This document shows, in pieces, positions 27,546-37,647 of a stretch of DNA of 64,000 bases. Source of the DNA: Candidatus Hermodarchaeota archaeon (GTDB lineage: Archaea; Asgardarchaeota; Hermodarchaeia; Hermodarchaeales; Hermodarchaeaceae); NCBI GenBank assembly GCA_016839365.1, contig JAEOUH010000029.1:15511-79510 (forward strand). Reading direction: 5' to 3'. The notes beneath the pieces are model-generated. The model ran no database searches. It was not told the origin of the DNA and was given only the letters and a program-made list of their open reading frames with translations. How positions within the stretch are numbered: the stretch's first letter is position 1; each line of letters begins with the position of its first letter. The position numbers and the translations under genes are program-made.

Positions 27546-28811
27546 TTATTGCGTTGCAGCGGACTGATTTGTATCCGCAGGTGGATGGATGAAGCAAGAA
27601 GGGTCTTCTGCAAGGTGATTGCCTGTCACCGCCCAAGACCGTCCACGACATCCACCACAAAGTCTTCGGTATTCGCAGCTACTACATTGTCCTAGCAACC
27701 GATTCTCGCGGTCACGAAAATCGAGAAAGACGGGAGCCTCTTGCCAGATTTTCAAGAAGGAGGATTGACGGATATTTCCACAAGAAATTTCAATGAAAGG
27801 ACAGGGCCACACCTCTCCATTGGGTTTAATATATACAAATCCTCGCCCTGCAGAGCAACCATGGAAGACCATTTCAGCTAACCAAAGTAAGGGTCCCCTA
27901 CGAATGCCGTTCTGTTGCAAGAGGAAAGGCCAGTATTGGGGTCCTGCGACCGGTTCCATAATGGCATGTGTATGGGTTTGAGCTTTGGCTATAAATCGGA
28001 TTAACTGCTCATTTGCAGCTAAATCAAGAGCCGCGTTTTTAATTTTCCGTCCCCGACCGACAGGAACGAGTTGGTACATGAGCAGAATCCCAGTTCCGAC
28101 TCGTTCTATGAGATCCATGAGGGGCTTCATCTGATCCATGTTATATTCCATGGCAGTGATATTGACATGGAGAAGAATGCCAACTTTGTGAAGTGCACGA
28201 ATGCCTCGTAAGGCGTCGTTAAATGATCCCGGCTGTCCGCGGACCATATCGTGTGTCTTGGCGTCAAACCCATCAAGACTAACGGCTGCAATAACAATAC
28301 CTAGGCTTCGAAGACGTTTTGCGATTTCAGTGTCAATGAGTGTGGCGTTGGTGGCAATTGTATTAGTGAACCCGAGCGCTTGAGAATAAGCGAGTAATTC
28401 GAAAAGGTCAGGGCGAAGCAGTGGCTCGCCTCCAGTGAAAGCCATCATTTGGAAATCTTTCACATCAGCTAGTTGATTGAGGAGATGTTTGCCTTCAGCA
28501 GTGGTAAGTTCATTTTTGGTAGGTTTTCCCCCCGAGGTGTGACAATGAATGCATCGCAAGTTACAGGCTGCTGTCATCTCCCAGACGGGATGAGCCGGAA
28601 AGCCGATACAACCCATGCCACGGGATCCAGCAGCCCCTGGAAGACACTTCAACCCGTATTTCAGAACCCAGAGAGGTAGTCGTGTCCACCGCGATAAGGC
28701 ACCCATGTATGATGCACTCAGAGCCTGTCGTAGAATAAGATGGGGGGATTGCCAATAGGGTCGAACTTTTCGTTTGGGGGGTTTTCCCCATGCACTTAAC
28801 CATTTAGCCAT
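27546..28811 (-). CDS. Radical SAM/SPASM protein (NirJ/Ahb/PqqE-like clade)
   Basis: CNLRCIHC, TGGEP, SPASM cysteines CSAG...WPC...CSSCEYRRLCGGCR...DPSC. Confidence 0.92.
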   Translation of the reverse strand: MAKWLSAWGKPPKRKVRPYWQSPHLILRQALSASYMGALSRWTRLPLWVLKYGLKCLPGAAGSRGMGCIGFPAHPVWEMTAACNLRCIHCHTSGGKPTKNELTTAEGKHLLNQLADVKDFQMMAFTGGEPLLRPDLFELLAYSQALGFTNTIATNATLIDTEIAKRLRSLGIVIAAVSLDGFDAKTHDMVRGQPGSFNDALRGIRALHKVGILLHVNITAMEYNMDQMKPLMDLIERVGTGILLMYQLVPVGRGRKIKNAALDLAANEQLIRFIAKAQTHTHAIMEPVAGPQYWPFLLQQNGIRRGPLLWLAEMVFHGCSAGRGFVYIKPNGEVWPCPFIEISCGNIRQSSFLKIWQEAPVFLDFRDRENRLLGQCSSCEYRRLCGGCRGRSWAVTGNHLAEDPSCFIHPPADTNQSAATQ

Positions 28812-28815
28812 AACT

Positions 28816-29733
28816 TCACAACACAAGGACAGCTACGATGAACACTAGAGTGGTTCCCAGATTTACTATTATGTTCAGACCACACAGCTTCTCTAGTGTG
28901 CTTCGATTTATCCATGCTCCTCGAAGCATCAGTATTACCAATCCTACGGAAATCGCCAGCACCGGAAGGTAGCAAACAAGACTCCAGGGCCAGAGAAAGC
29001 CCAATGTTAGGGTAGTAGCCATTGTGAACCAACTTGCAATGGCAGCCAAGGAATATAGAATCATCGCCCGATTTAATCCCAAGCGAACTACCAAGTTCTT
29101 TTTTCCCGTATCTCGGTCTGCTTCAAAGTCTGGGAATTCATTGAGAAGAATAACGTTGAAGACGGTGAATGCAACAGGAAATGCCATAAAATGAATTAAG
29201 GAGATGAAATAACCAACTTGTAAATAGAAGCTGGCAGCGATGGTTAACCAACCGTAGTTGAAGGCAATCCAAATTTCACCAAGACCGCGACTAACCCATC
29301 GGATGGGTTTTGCAGAGTAAAAGAAACCACCGATAATCCCAATGACTCCAAGGAAAACGGTCAAGGGGCCTGTTAAGTAAAGGAATTGAAGGAGGATACC
29401 AACAATGGCAGCAAGAAGGACGCATACCAAGGAAGCGTATAATGCGGTTCGCCTTTTGATGAGACCCCGTTGGAGAACCTGTGAGCCTCCTGCAAAACGG
29501 CTGGGCCCTTTTTGGGCTGCAAGAAAATCGCCTTCGTAATCCCAATATTCCCCTGCATAATAGGTTGCCAGCATAATAAGGACGACGCCTGCTATTCCCC
29601 AGAGGAAGATATCCCAGCGAAAGAACCCAAGGAATACCCAGGCTAAAATGGCACCTAAGAGAAAAGGGAGTATGCCCACCAGATGAAAGGGAAGACGGGA
29701 GAGTGCGAGCCAAGCATTGATTTTCTCTTTCAT
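28816..29733 (-). CDS. UbiA-family prenyltransferase (MenA-like)
   Basis: EYWDYEGD, GGSQVL, YSAKP, NEFPDFEADRDTGKKNL; about 9 TM. Confidence 0.88.
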   Translation of the reverse strand: MKEKINAWLALSRLPFHLVGILPFLLGAILAWVFLGFFRWDIFLWGIAGVVLIMLATYYAGEYWDYEGDFLAAQKGPSRFAGGSQVLQRGLIKRRTALYASLVCVLLAAIVGILLQFLYLTGPLTVFLGVIGIIGGFFYSAKPIRWVSRGLGEIWIAFNYGWLTIAASFYLQVGYFISLIHFMAFPVAFTVFNVILLNEFPDFEADRDTGKKNLVVRLGLNRAMILYSLAAIASWFTMATTLTLGFLWPWSLVCYLPVLAISVGLVILMLRGAWINRSTLEKLCGLNIIVNLGTTLVFIVAVLVL

Positions 29734-29812
29734 GCTTCATCCTCATATAACAGGAATAAAATCCTATGCGTTACTTGATTTGACCATATTATACGAGAGA
29801 TGTAATTTGGAA

Positions 29813-32800
29813 CTAAAGGTTGCGGAGAAGGTTATTAACCTGGACCTGACCTGCACGGCGGGCGGGGAAATAAGCTCCTGTTAGTAAACCCAGAATCACT
29901 AGGCCTAATATTGCCACTAGGAGGCTCAGGGGGTAGATAATGGTGAAAGGTACAATGAACGGTTGGGGAAATAATTTGATTATAACAAACATAAGAAGCC
30001 ATGAGAAGTTAATTCCAATTACGACGCTGAAGAAGAACGCCAACAGGATGATGCTCACAAATTCCACTAACACCATTGAGGTAACATCACGACGAGAACC
30101 TCCAAGGGCTCGCATGATGGCATACTCAGTTTTTCGTTCCGCAACGATGGTACTCACAAAAACTGTTAGAGCGACGATACTGATTGCGAGTGAAGCGAGA
30201 AAACCCACCGAAAGTAATCCTATAATTCCTTGTGAAAACAGGTAACCATCGGGATAGGCTTCTTCTAAGTCAAAGGTGAATGGTGACCAAGTGCGATAGA
30301 CAAAGCCAAGGGACTCAATGGCGTTTTGGGCAGTTTGGATATCACTTGCAGAGTCTATCCCCGCAATGAATGAATTGGTAGTATCCATTATAGAGTAAGG
30401 ATCGAATAGTGGAATTTCAACAAGAAAATAATGTTGGTGGCAGAGGGCAAATGGTTCGTTCTTTTGAAATCCAAATCCAGGATTTGAAGTGATTGATGCT
30501 TGAGGATCTGAGGGGTTCGAATAACCAAGACCTGGGGCCTTGTACATAATCCCGACAACATCAAATTCTTTGACTTCGACTATGAAAGTTCGCTGATCGC
30601 GAACGATAACGGGAATTGTGTCACCAACCCTCCTATCATACAAGGAGGCAAGGTGGGCCGGAAGAATGATACCATTATAATTTGCTGCTAAGCGGTCTAA
30701 CACTGTCTGATAATCTTCGCCCATCATGCTCGCTTCGTCCCAGTTTCCTACTTCTGCATAGGCTGTGGGGTTTACGGCAATGAGTTTGAAGTTTGAATGT
30801 GCGATTTCTGCTTGCACTTCAATGAAAGCGGTAGCAGTATGGATTGCTGATAAGGAGGTTATGTCATTCACGCGATCGGCAACGACCAGTTCAGTGTAAA
30901 TACGGATATCGCCACCCACATAGTAGTTGACCTGTTGATCGATATGATTATGGTAAGTTTGTGCCTCTACGGCAGAGAATATAGTAATTGAGAACGTGAG
31001 TAACAAGATCATTAGTAGCGGAACAACTCGGGTCCGTTTCACCGTCAGGGTCTTGCTGAAGAGTTGGCTCTTCTGGCCAATAGCGGGCGTAAATATCTTC
31101 GAAAACGTTGCGATTGCAGGTCGAATAATGCGGGCAACGGCATCAGCAAGAAGTATCCAAAAACTAACAATCAGAATGAACACAATCAGTGCTATCTCTA
31201 AAGAGAGAGGAAAGATCAAAACGAAATAGACTAAAGGAATAGTAAGAAGGATGACACCAATAGCATATGCAAATTGGATTCGTGGATTATGTTTCCATGA
31301 TGAATTATTCTCGCGAAGCTCGGCATATACTTCGGATTTTAAAAACGACCGAGTTTTAAGGAAGAGGTAGGCTGCGGCAGGTAATATGCAAACAACCCCA
31401 GCAAGGCCCCAAAAGACCAAATTGATGGTTGTCAAACTGATATGGTGGAGAAGACTCCCAAGATTAAAGATTAGAAAGGAGGTGACAGAAGGTATCAAGC
31501 ATCCTAGAAAAATCCCGAGAAACCCTCCAGCTATTGTTCCGAGAAGAGCTAAGATGAAAAATTCAACCATGAGGATTGAATAGAGTTGCTGATAACTTGC
31601 TCCACGGGATCTTAGGATTGCTAGTTCAGAACGGCGATTTGACAAAAACAGGGATGCCGTAAACGTTGTTAACAAGACTGATAGTATCACGATTGGTAAT
31701 ATTAGGAAAACCATTGTTTGGCGTTCATAATAGACTGTGACATAATCTTGCAAGAATTGTAGTTGGTCACGGCCACCAATCGTGACGCTATATTCTAATT
31801 GGATATCTGTATATAACCGATCTAAGACTCCGATTATAGCCTCTAGTCCAGCAGCATAGAGAGGGGCAGGTGTAATTTCGACAAGTAATCGGGGAACCAT
31901 TACTTGCTCAGCGATCTGATCCAGGGTTTCAGTACTGAATATATCACTTGAAAGAATTACGCTGTCAAACCAACCAAATACGATTTCAGAAGCGTAGATT
32001 GGCCCCCAATTGAGCCGACTTTGTGAGGGAAAGGCCTCCTGAAGCGGTTCAAAGCGTGATATAACTTCATAAATACCGGCTATTCGTAATCCGTTGATGT
32101 TCGTCGGATCAATTGCTCCAATTGTGCTTGTAACTTGGTAGTCCCGCGCCACAGACAAATCAATTACACTTCCCACTATAACATGACGGCCCATGACCTG
32201 GTTTAGATCTTCAACAACATTTTGGCTAACAAGTACTTCACCGGGATCCAGGTGGAACTCGCCATCGATTATTCGAAATGACCCTGAAGCGCGTTCTAGA
32301 AAGGTATTATCAGTGAAAAAGACTTGACAGTCTTTGATTCCCCGTTGGTAAGGATAGGGGAGATATCGGTCTGTTGGATCAAGAGTGGTTGCATCAATCA
32401 ACGCGATTGAACTATAAACCACATGTGAGACTTGTGTTGTAACCTGCGTATCGACAAACTCCTTTACAGGAAAAATAGCGTGGGGGTCGTTGTTAGTTGG
32501 ACCTTGGACGCAATAGTAATGAAATGATAATTGGGCGAAATAATCGTCAATGGCAACTCGAGCTCCAGTTTCAGTCCACACAAACACAGAACTGACCAAT
32601 GCCACTCCAATCATAATTCCAATGAGTAGACTGATTGAACGCCGTTTATGTCGTCGAATCCCATGGGCAACATATCTGGAGATATAGAGGTTTCGACTTA
32701 CGCCGCTATCTTTTAGTCCTCTACGGAATCTAGCTGAACTTGGCTCATCCGTGTTCAGGGATTCAACATCTGTTTTTGTGGTTCGAGCCAAAGACTTCAA

Positions 32801-32818
32801 GACTCCTTTTTTCATCAT
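29813..32818 (-). CDS. Large FtsX/MacB-family ABC permease
   Basis: Two FtsX domains (RRSELAILRSRGAS; RKTEYAIMRALGGS), two large extracellular loops, PARRA near the C-terminus. Confidence 0.9.
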   Translation of the reverse strand: MMKKGVLKSLARTTKTDVESLNTDEPSSARFRRGLKDSGVSRNLYISRYVAHGIRRHKRRSISLLIGIMIGVALVSSVFVWTETGARVAIDDYFAQLSFHYYCVQGPTNNDPHAIFPVKEFVDTQVTTQVSHVVYSSIALIDATTLDPTDRYLPYPYQRGIKDCQVFFTDNTFLERASGSFRIIDGEFHLDPGEVLVSQNVVEDLNQVMGRHVIVGSVIDLSVARDYQVTSTIGAIDPTNINGLRIAGIYEVISRFEPLQEAFPSQSRLNWGPIYASEIVFGWFDSVILSSDIFSTETLDQIAEQVMVPRLLVEITPAPLYAAGLEAIIGVLDRLYTDIQLEYSVTIGGRDQLQFLQDYVTVYYERQTMVFLILPIVILSVLLTTFTASLFLSNRRSELAILRSRGASYQQLYSILMVEFFILALLGTIAGGFLGIFLGCLIPSVTSFLIFNLGSLLHHISLTTINLVFWGLAGVVCILPAAAYLFLKTRSFLKSEVYAELRENNSSWKHNPRIQFAYAIGVILLTIPLVYFVLIFPLSLEIALIVFILIVSFWILLADAVARIIRPAIATFSKIFTPAIGQKSQLFSKTLTVKRTRVVPLLMILLLTFSITIFSAVEAQTYHNHIDQQVNYYVGGDIRIYTELVVADRVNDITSLSAIHTATAFIEVQAEIAHSNFKLIAVNPTAYAEVGNWDEASMMGEDYQTVLDRLAANYNGIILPAHLASLYDRRVGDTIPVIVRDQRTFIVEVKEFDVVGIMYKAPGLGYSNPSDPQASITSNPGFGFQKNEPFALCHQHYFLVEIPLFDPYSIMDTTNSFIAGIDSASDIQTAQNAIESLGFVYRTWSPFTFDLEEAYPDGYLFSQGIIGLLSVGFLASLAISIVALTVFVSTIVAERKTEYAIMRALGGSRRDVTSMVLVEFVSIILLAFFFSVVIGINFSWLLMFVIIKLFPQPFIVPFTIIYPLSLLVAILGLVILGLLTGAYFPARRAGQVQVNNLLRNL

Positions 32819-32822
32819 ACTT

Positions 32823-33839
32823 TCATAGCGCTGTTCCGCAGGCTGGGCAGGTCACTCGATTTGAAGTAACAAGTTTACCACAAATCCGACAGGTGACCAG
32901 TTTCACTTCGACTGCTACAGCATTCTCAATCGTTGAAGGGGTGAGAATTATCCGTCCATCATCCACTTCGACTTGGAATCGGCGTGGATGTCCGATTTCA
33001 CGTAAGATATTTTCAGGCAGGGGGAGCCTATCTTGGTTATCAACTTCTAGTACTCGAGTCCTTTCAAGCTGTTTAAGGTGAACGCCCGAATCATGAGTCC
33101 CACTGATTATTCCATCACGCAGTTCAAGTGTTCGTCTAGCCTTTGAGGCGATCAATTGGCTGTGGGTTACAATGAGGAACGCCGTTCCATAATCTTCGTT
33201 GAGTTTTTTGAACAGGTCAAGAATTTCTTCAGCATTAATAAGATCAAGATCACCGGTCGGTTCATCTGCTAATATTAATGCAGGATTATTCATAAGAGCA
33301 GAAGCTATTGCAACACGTTGGCGTTCGCCACCGGAGAGCTTGGCGGGAATATGATTCATTCGCGATCTCAAGCCCACAGATTCTAACAATTCTTCTGACC
33401 GTTGTTCACGCCAAGTTTTGGGAAAGCCTGCAATCCGTGCGCTGAGTTCCACATTTTGTTTTGCAGTCATGTGATGAAGCAAATTATCCACTTGAAAAAC
33501 GAAACCTATGAACCCTCGTCGAGCATTTGTGATAGTACGTTCATCTAACTTTGCAATGTCTTGTTTGATATTGGACCAATAAACCTGACCCGCACTTGGA
33601 CGCAGAGTTCCTCCAAGTAAATTTACTAAGGTGGTCTTTCCACTCCCTGAAGGTCCAACAACTGCGACTATTTCGCCTTGGAATATTTGGAAGGATAAAC
33701 CACGTAAAGCTACAGTTTCAATCTCACCTGATTGATAGATTTTGTAGACATCGTGAGCCATTAGAACTAAATCTTCTGGGATCTCTGCAAACTCTTCTTC
33801 TTTGATAAGACCGCTGATGAGATTATTTCTTAAGGTCAT
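32823..33839 (-). CDS. LolD/MacB-type ABC ATPase with C-terminal AbrB-like domain and zinc ribbon
   Basis: GPSGSGKT, LSGGE, ADEPTG; tail VDNQDRLPLP...GRIILTP then CRICG...CPACG. ATG 33839 has a GAAGGTGA RBS. Confidence 0.9.
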   Translation of the reverse strand: MTLRNNLISGLIKEEEFAEIPEDLVLMAHDVYKIYQSGEIETVALRGLSFQIFQGEIVAVVGPSGSGKTTLVNLLGGTLRPSAGQVYWSNIKQDIAKLDERTITNARRGFIGFVFQVDNLLHHMTAKQNVELSARIAGFPKTWREQRSEELLESVGLRSRMNHIPAKLSGGERQRVAIASALMNNPALILADEPTGDLDLINAEEILDLFKKLNEDYGTAFLIVTHSQLIASKARRTLELRDGIISGTHDSGVHLKQLERTRVLEVDNQDRLPLPENILREIGHPRRFQVEVDDGRIILTPSTIENAVAVEVKLVTCRICGKLVTSNRVTCPACGTAL

Positions 33840-33855
33840 TTTTTCACCTTCTAAT

Positions 33856-36741
33856 TTACAAATTCCGTAGAACTTTGCCGACATTGGTTCGACCCGCACG
33901 GCGGGCGGGGATATACGTTCCAATACTAATTCCAATGAGCACAACCCCAAGAACTGCAAGTAATAATACCCAAGGAATTCCCAGTTGAAAAGGAATCACA
34001 TATGGAAAGGGAAAGAGGCCTAGTAGGATAAACATTGAAAGCCAAGAGAAGAAGAACCCAAGAAGTAATGCCACTAAGAAAGATGTGATGATGAGCCCTG
34101 CAAATTCGCCTACTATTATTGCACTTATTTGTCGCTGAGTACTCCCCACAGCACGCATAATAGCATATTCTGTTTGCCGTTCGCGCACAATGATTCCGAC
34201 AAAGAGAATGAGGGCAATAATGCTGATAATGACACAGGCTAAGAATCCTATAGACAAGAGGCTTATCACCCCTCGATTGAATAGATAGCCTTCTGGATAA
34301 TCTTCTTCTAACGAGTAGGTCATGGGAGAGTATACTGCAGTTGGGAAACTAAGATCACTTACTTGTTGATGGACTTGAACAATATCCACGTTTGCATCAA
34401 CTTCAGCTAAGATTAGCCGTGTATTAGTCATATTTCGATTGAGTAGGAAATCGCTATTAATTATTGCAAAAAGCTGCGATGATTGGAATTGAAATCCATT
34501 GGTAGGATCTGGAGGTCGAGAAGGATCATTGGGATCGAAATAGCCCAGTCCTGGTGCACTGCGACCTATCCCAGTAATTAGAAATGAAGTATCGCCCAAT
34601 ACTCCACCTCCTTGCTGATGAACTGAAATGACTATCCTGCTTCCAATAGTTCTTCCAAGAACTCCTGCCAGAGTGTTGGGAACAATAATTCCGTCGGTGT
34701 GGTTTTGCAAACGTTGAAGAGCCGCAAACGGATCTTCTCCAACCATGCTTGAGAGGTCCCAGTTGCCGGTTCTAGCATAAGATTCAACATCAATTCCGTA
34801 AAGCGTCAATGAAGTTGAACCAAGGAGCCCATATGTTGCTATAAATGCAGAAGCCGAAAGGATGCCAGGAATAGATAGGATTTCACTTGTATGATTATGA
34901 TGAATTGAATTACTTTCGACTCGCAAATCCCCTCCCATGAAATAGCTAACCTGTGTGAAGGCGTTATCTTGAACTGTTTGAGCTTCGACAACAGCGAATA
35001 CTGAAATTGAGAAGGTAAGGGTTAAAATTAAGAGAAGTGGAACGATTCGTTGACGACGGGTTCGCATACTCTTCTCAAAAATGAAAGACTTCTCCCCAAA
35101 TAAAGGTCGGAACCCACGGGTTACTCCCGCTATGATTTGTCGAACGATACGAGACCCAATATCGCTAAAAAGCGCCCATACTACGACTGCATAAATGAAA
35201 AGGATTGTCGCTATTAATGGAGTTACGGGGAGAAAGAGTAAAGCAATGATAAGAAACCCTAGCAACGCAAACACAGCAATGGCGTAAATGATTGTAATGC
35301 CGAGGTCAGCTTCAACTTGAGGGGTTGAACCTACCATCGCTTCGTATATTTCAGCCTTGAGAAAGCTTCGAACAGAAATCAATGTGAAGCTCAACGGGGG
35401 AATAATGCATGTGAGAAATGCGACTAGCCAGGTTAGGGGCTCAAGTCTGACATTTACAAGGTAAGTGTAAAAGATTGATGGATTAAATTGTAAGAACCCT
35501 GTTGAAGCAGGGATTAGCGAGCCAACGAGAATGCTGAGAACTACCCCTAAACCAAGGGCTATTGTTCCAATAATGATGAATTCTAGTATGAAGGCTGCGT
35601 AGAGTTGGCGGAAACTGGCGCCTCGAGCACGTAGTATCGCCACCTCCGATTTGCGACCACTCAGAAAGATGTTGGTGGCAAAGATAGTCAAAAGAATAGA
35701 GAGTAAGATGGTTGGTAAGGTTAATACAGCCATTGTTCTTCGCGATTGGCTCGCTGCAATATACTGCTCCAGAAGAACAACTTGATCCTCACCCCTCACT
35801 GTGATTCTCCCTGTGAACTGTAGTTCCAATTGAGCTTGTAATTCCCGGATCTCAGTGGGTACGTTATCCAATCCAGTCACTGCGATTTCTTGAGGATTTA
35901 GCTGGACAAGGAGTATTGGAAAGAGAGAATTGGCAGTAAGGGTATCCCTCTCAGTTGAATTCAGTTGGGTATAATGCATGATAATGCCATCATTCCAACC
36001 AAAGACCTTTTCTTGAATAGATCCGAGATGATTTACACGATAAGTTCCAAGAGCTGATGAGAAGAGGAGAGAGTTGCTCCTAGTAATATTGTAAATACCC
36101 ACAACTAGGAGATTGGTTGTATTGAAAGGTTGAATATCACTAAATGTTAGTGGTTCTTGGTAGATTGAAGCAATTGTAACATTGATGTAAGATCCAATCG
36201 TTATGGTTTGATTGAGAAATTCACTTGCGTCCTCAATGACTCGTGTACTAACTAGACATTCACCAGGAGCTAATTGGAAAACGCCATCGAAAGAAAATTG
36301 GGAAACTACACGGGTAAGAAAGGCATTTTCAACGAAAAAGGCTTGGAAGTCCTTAATTTCGCGTGTATAGGGATAGGGGAGGTACGTAGTTGATGAGTTC
36401 CAGTCAGTTCCATTTAGAAAACCTATAGACTGATAGAAGATGTCTGAGTCTCGATAAGCGGTTTGTTCTCTACACCAATTCTCAACCTCATTGAGTAGCT
36501 GGGTATCGATAGGGAAGGTGTATATTTGTTGAATTCCATATTGGTAGGTATTTGAGTTAAAGTAATCAAGTGTTGCCACCTGTGAATCGGTATCAGTCCA
36601 CACAAAAACAGATGCAACTAATGCAACCCCGATCATGATACCGATGAGTAAACTGAAGAAACGTGCTTTGTTCTTCCAAACACTATTACCCACATAGCCT
36701 GCTACATACAAGCGACTCCCTGATGAATTTGGAGAAACCAC
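33856..36741 (-). CDS. Large FtsX/MacB-family ABC permease (paralogue of 29813-32818)
   Basis: Same architecture; shares SLLIGIMIGVALV.SVFVWT, YLPYPY, APGLGY and YP.GYLF. Confidence 0.9.
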   Translation of the reverse strand: MVSPNSSGSRLYVAGYVGNSVWKNKARFFSLLIGIMIGVALVASVFVWTDTDSQVATLDYFNSNTYQYGIQQIYTFPIDTQLLNEVENWCREQTAYRDSDIFYQSIGFLNGTDWNSSTTYLPYPYTREIKDFQAFFVENAFLTRVVSQFSFDGVFQLAPGECLVSTRVIEDASEFLNQTITIGSYINVTIASIYQEPLTFSDIQPFNTTNLLVVGIYNITRSNSLLFSSALGTYRVNHLGSIQEKVFGWNDGIIMHYTQLNSTERDTLTANSLFPILLVQLNPQEIAVTGLDNVPTEIRELQAQLELQFTGRITVRGEDQVVLLEQYIAASQSRRTMAVLTLPTILLSILLTIFATNIFLSGRKSEVAILRARGASFRQLYAAFILEFIIIGTIALGLGVVLSILVGSLIPASTGFLQFNPSIFYTYLVNVRLEPLTWLVAFLTCIIPPLSFTLISVRSFLKAEIYEAMVGSTPQVEADLGITIIYAIAVFALLGFLIIALLFLPVTPLIATILFIYAVVVWALFSDIGSRIVRQIIAGVTRGFRPLFGEKSFIFEKSMRTRRQRIVPLLLILTLTFSISVFAVVEAQTVQDNAFTQVSYFMGGDLRVESNSIHHNHTSEILSIPGILSASAFIATYGLLGSTSLTLYGIDVESYARTGNWDLSSMVGEDPFAALQRLQNHTDGIIVPNTLAGVLGRTIGSRIVISVHQQGGGVLGDTSFLITGIGRSAPGLGYFDPNDPSRPPDPTNGFQFQSSQLFAIINSDFLLNRNMTNTRLILAEVDANVDIVQVHQQVSDLSFPTAVYSPMTYSLEEDYPEGYLFNRGVISLLSIGFLACVIISIIALILFVGIIVRERQTEYAIMRAVGSTQRQISAIIVGEFAGLIITSFLVALLLGFFFSWLSMFILLGLFPFPYVIPFQLGIPWVLLLAVLGVVLIGISIGTYIPARRAGRTNVGKVLRNL

Positions 36742-36767
36742 TGGATGATTAGATCCGGAGGTCAGGA

Positions 36768-37502
36768 TTACTCCTCCTGGGAATCGCTTTCACGTCCATA
36801 CATGGATGTATCTGTGTGGAGTCTTCCATGACGGAGGAGAAGAATTCGGTCGGCGGAGCCCGCAACTTCGGGGTCGTGGGTTGCAACGACCACGGCTTTT
36901 TGATGTTCATGAGCTAATTTTTGAAATAACCTAATAATCTCAATCCCTGTGGCTGTATCTAGGTTTCCAGTCGGTTCATCAGCAAGAAGGAGGACTGGAT
37001 TGTTCGCAATAGCTCGCGCGAATGCGATTCGCTGCATTTGGCCCCCTGACATTTGCGTTGGATATTGTTCAGCAAACTCACGCATTCCCACTAAGTCGAG
37101 TAAATCCAGAGCCCGTGATATTCGCTCATATTTAGAGACATTAGCAAATATCATTGGTACCTCAACATTTTCACGGGCATTCATAATATCAAGAAGATAG
37201 AAGCCTTGAAAGACGATACCAATCTTGTCCCGACGGAGTTTGGAAAGGGCCCTGTCCTCCAAACCATTAACAGGTAATCCATCGATGCTTATATCACCCG
37301 TTGTTGGCGAGTCCAATAATGCCATGAGGTTTATGAGGGTTGTTTTACCACTTCCAGAGGCGCCCACAATAGCGACAAATTCGCCTGCTGTAACGGAGAA
37401 GTCAAGACCCTTTAGCACTTCAATTTTAATATCTCCGTCCTCATATGTCTTGAAGACCTTGTCACATTGAACTATGATGGTTTTTTTGACCAATCTCGAC
37501 AC
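36768..37502 (-). CDS. LolD/MacB-type ABC ATPase
   Basis: GASGSGKT, MSGGQ, LLADEPTGNLD, ATHD. Confidence 0.93.
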   Translation of the reverse strand: MSRLVKKTIIVQCDKVFKTYEDGDIKIEVLKGLDFSVTAGEFVAIVGASGSGKTTLINLMALLDSPTTGDISIDGLPVNGLEDRALSKLRRDKIGIVFQGFYLLDIMNARENVEVPMIFANVSKYERISRALDLLDLVGMREFAEQYPTQMSGGQMQRIAFARAIANNPVLLLADEPTGNLDTATGIEIIRLFQKLAHEHQKAVVVATHDPEVAGSADRILLLRHGRLHTDTSMYGRESDSQEE

Positions 37503-37647
37503 CGTTGTCCAGCAGCAGGAGATTATAACGTGTAAATGTGTTCAGCAATCCCAGTTCACGCTTTAAATTGCTGGCATGTACAACGTTCATAATTAGAAGC
37601 TTCCGGTTGCTGCAGAATCCGTTAAATAGCCTCCAGCGTAATTCCAG

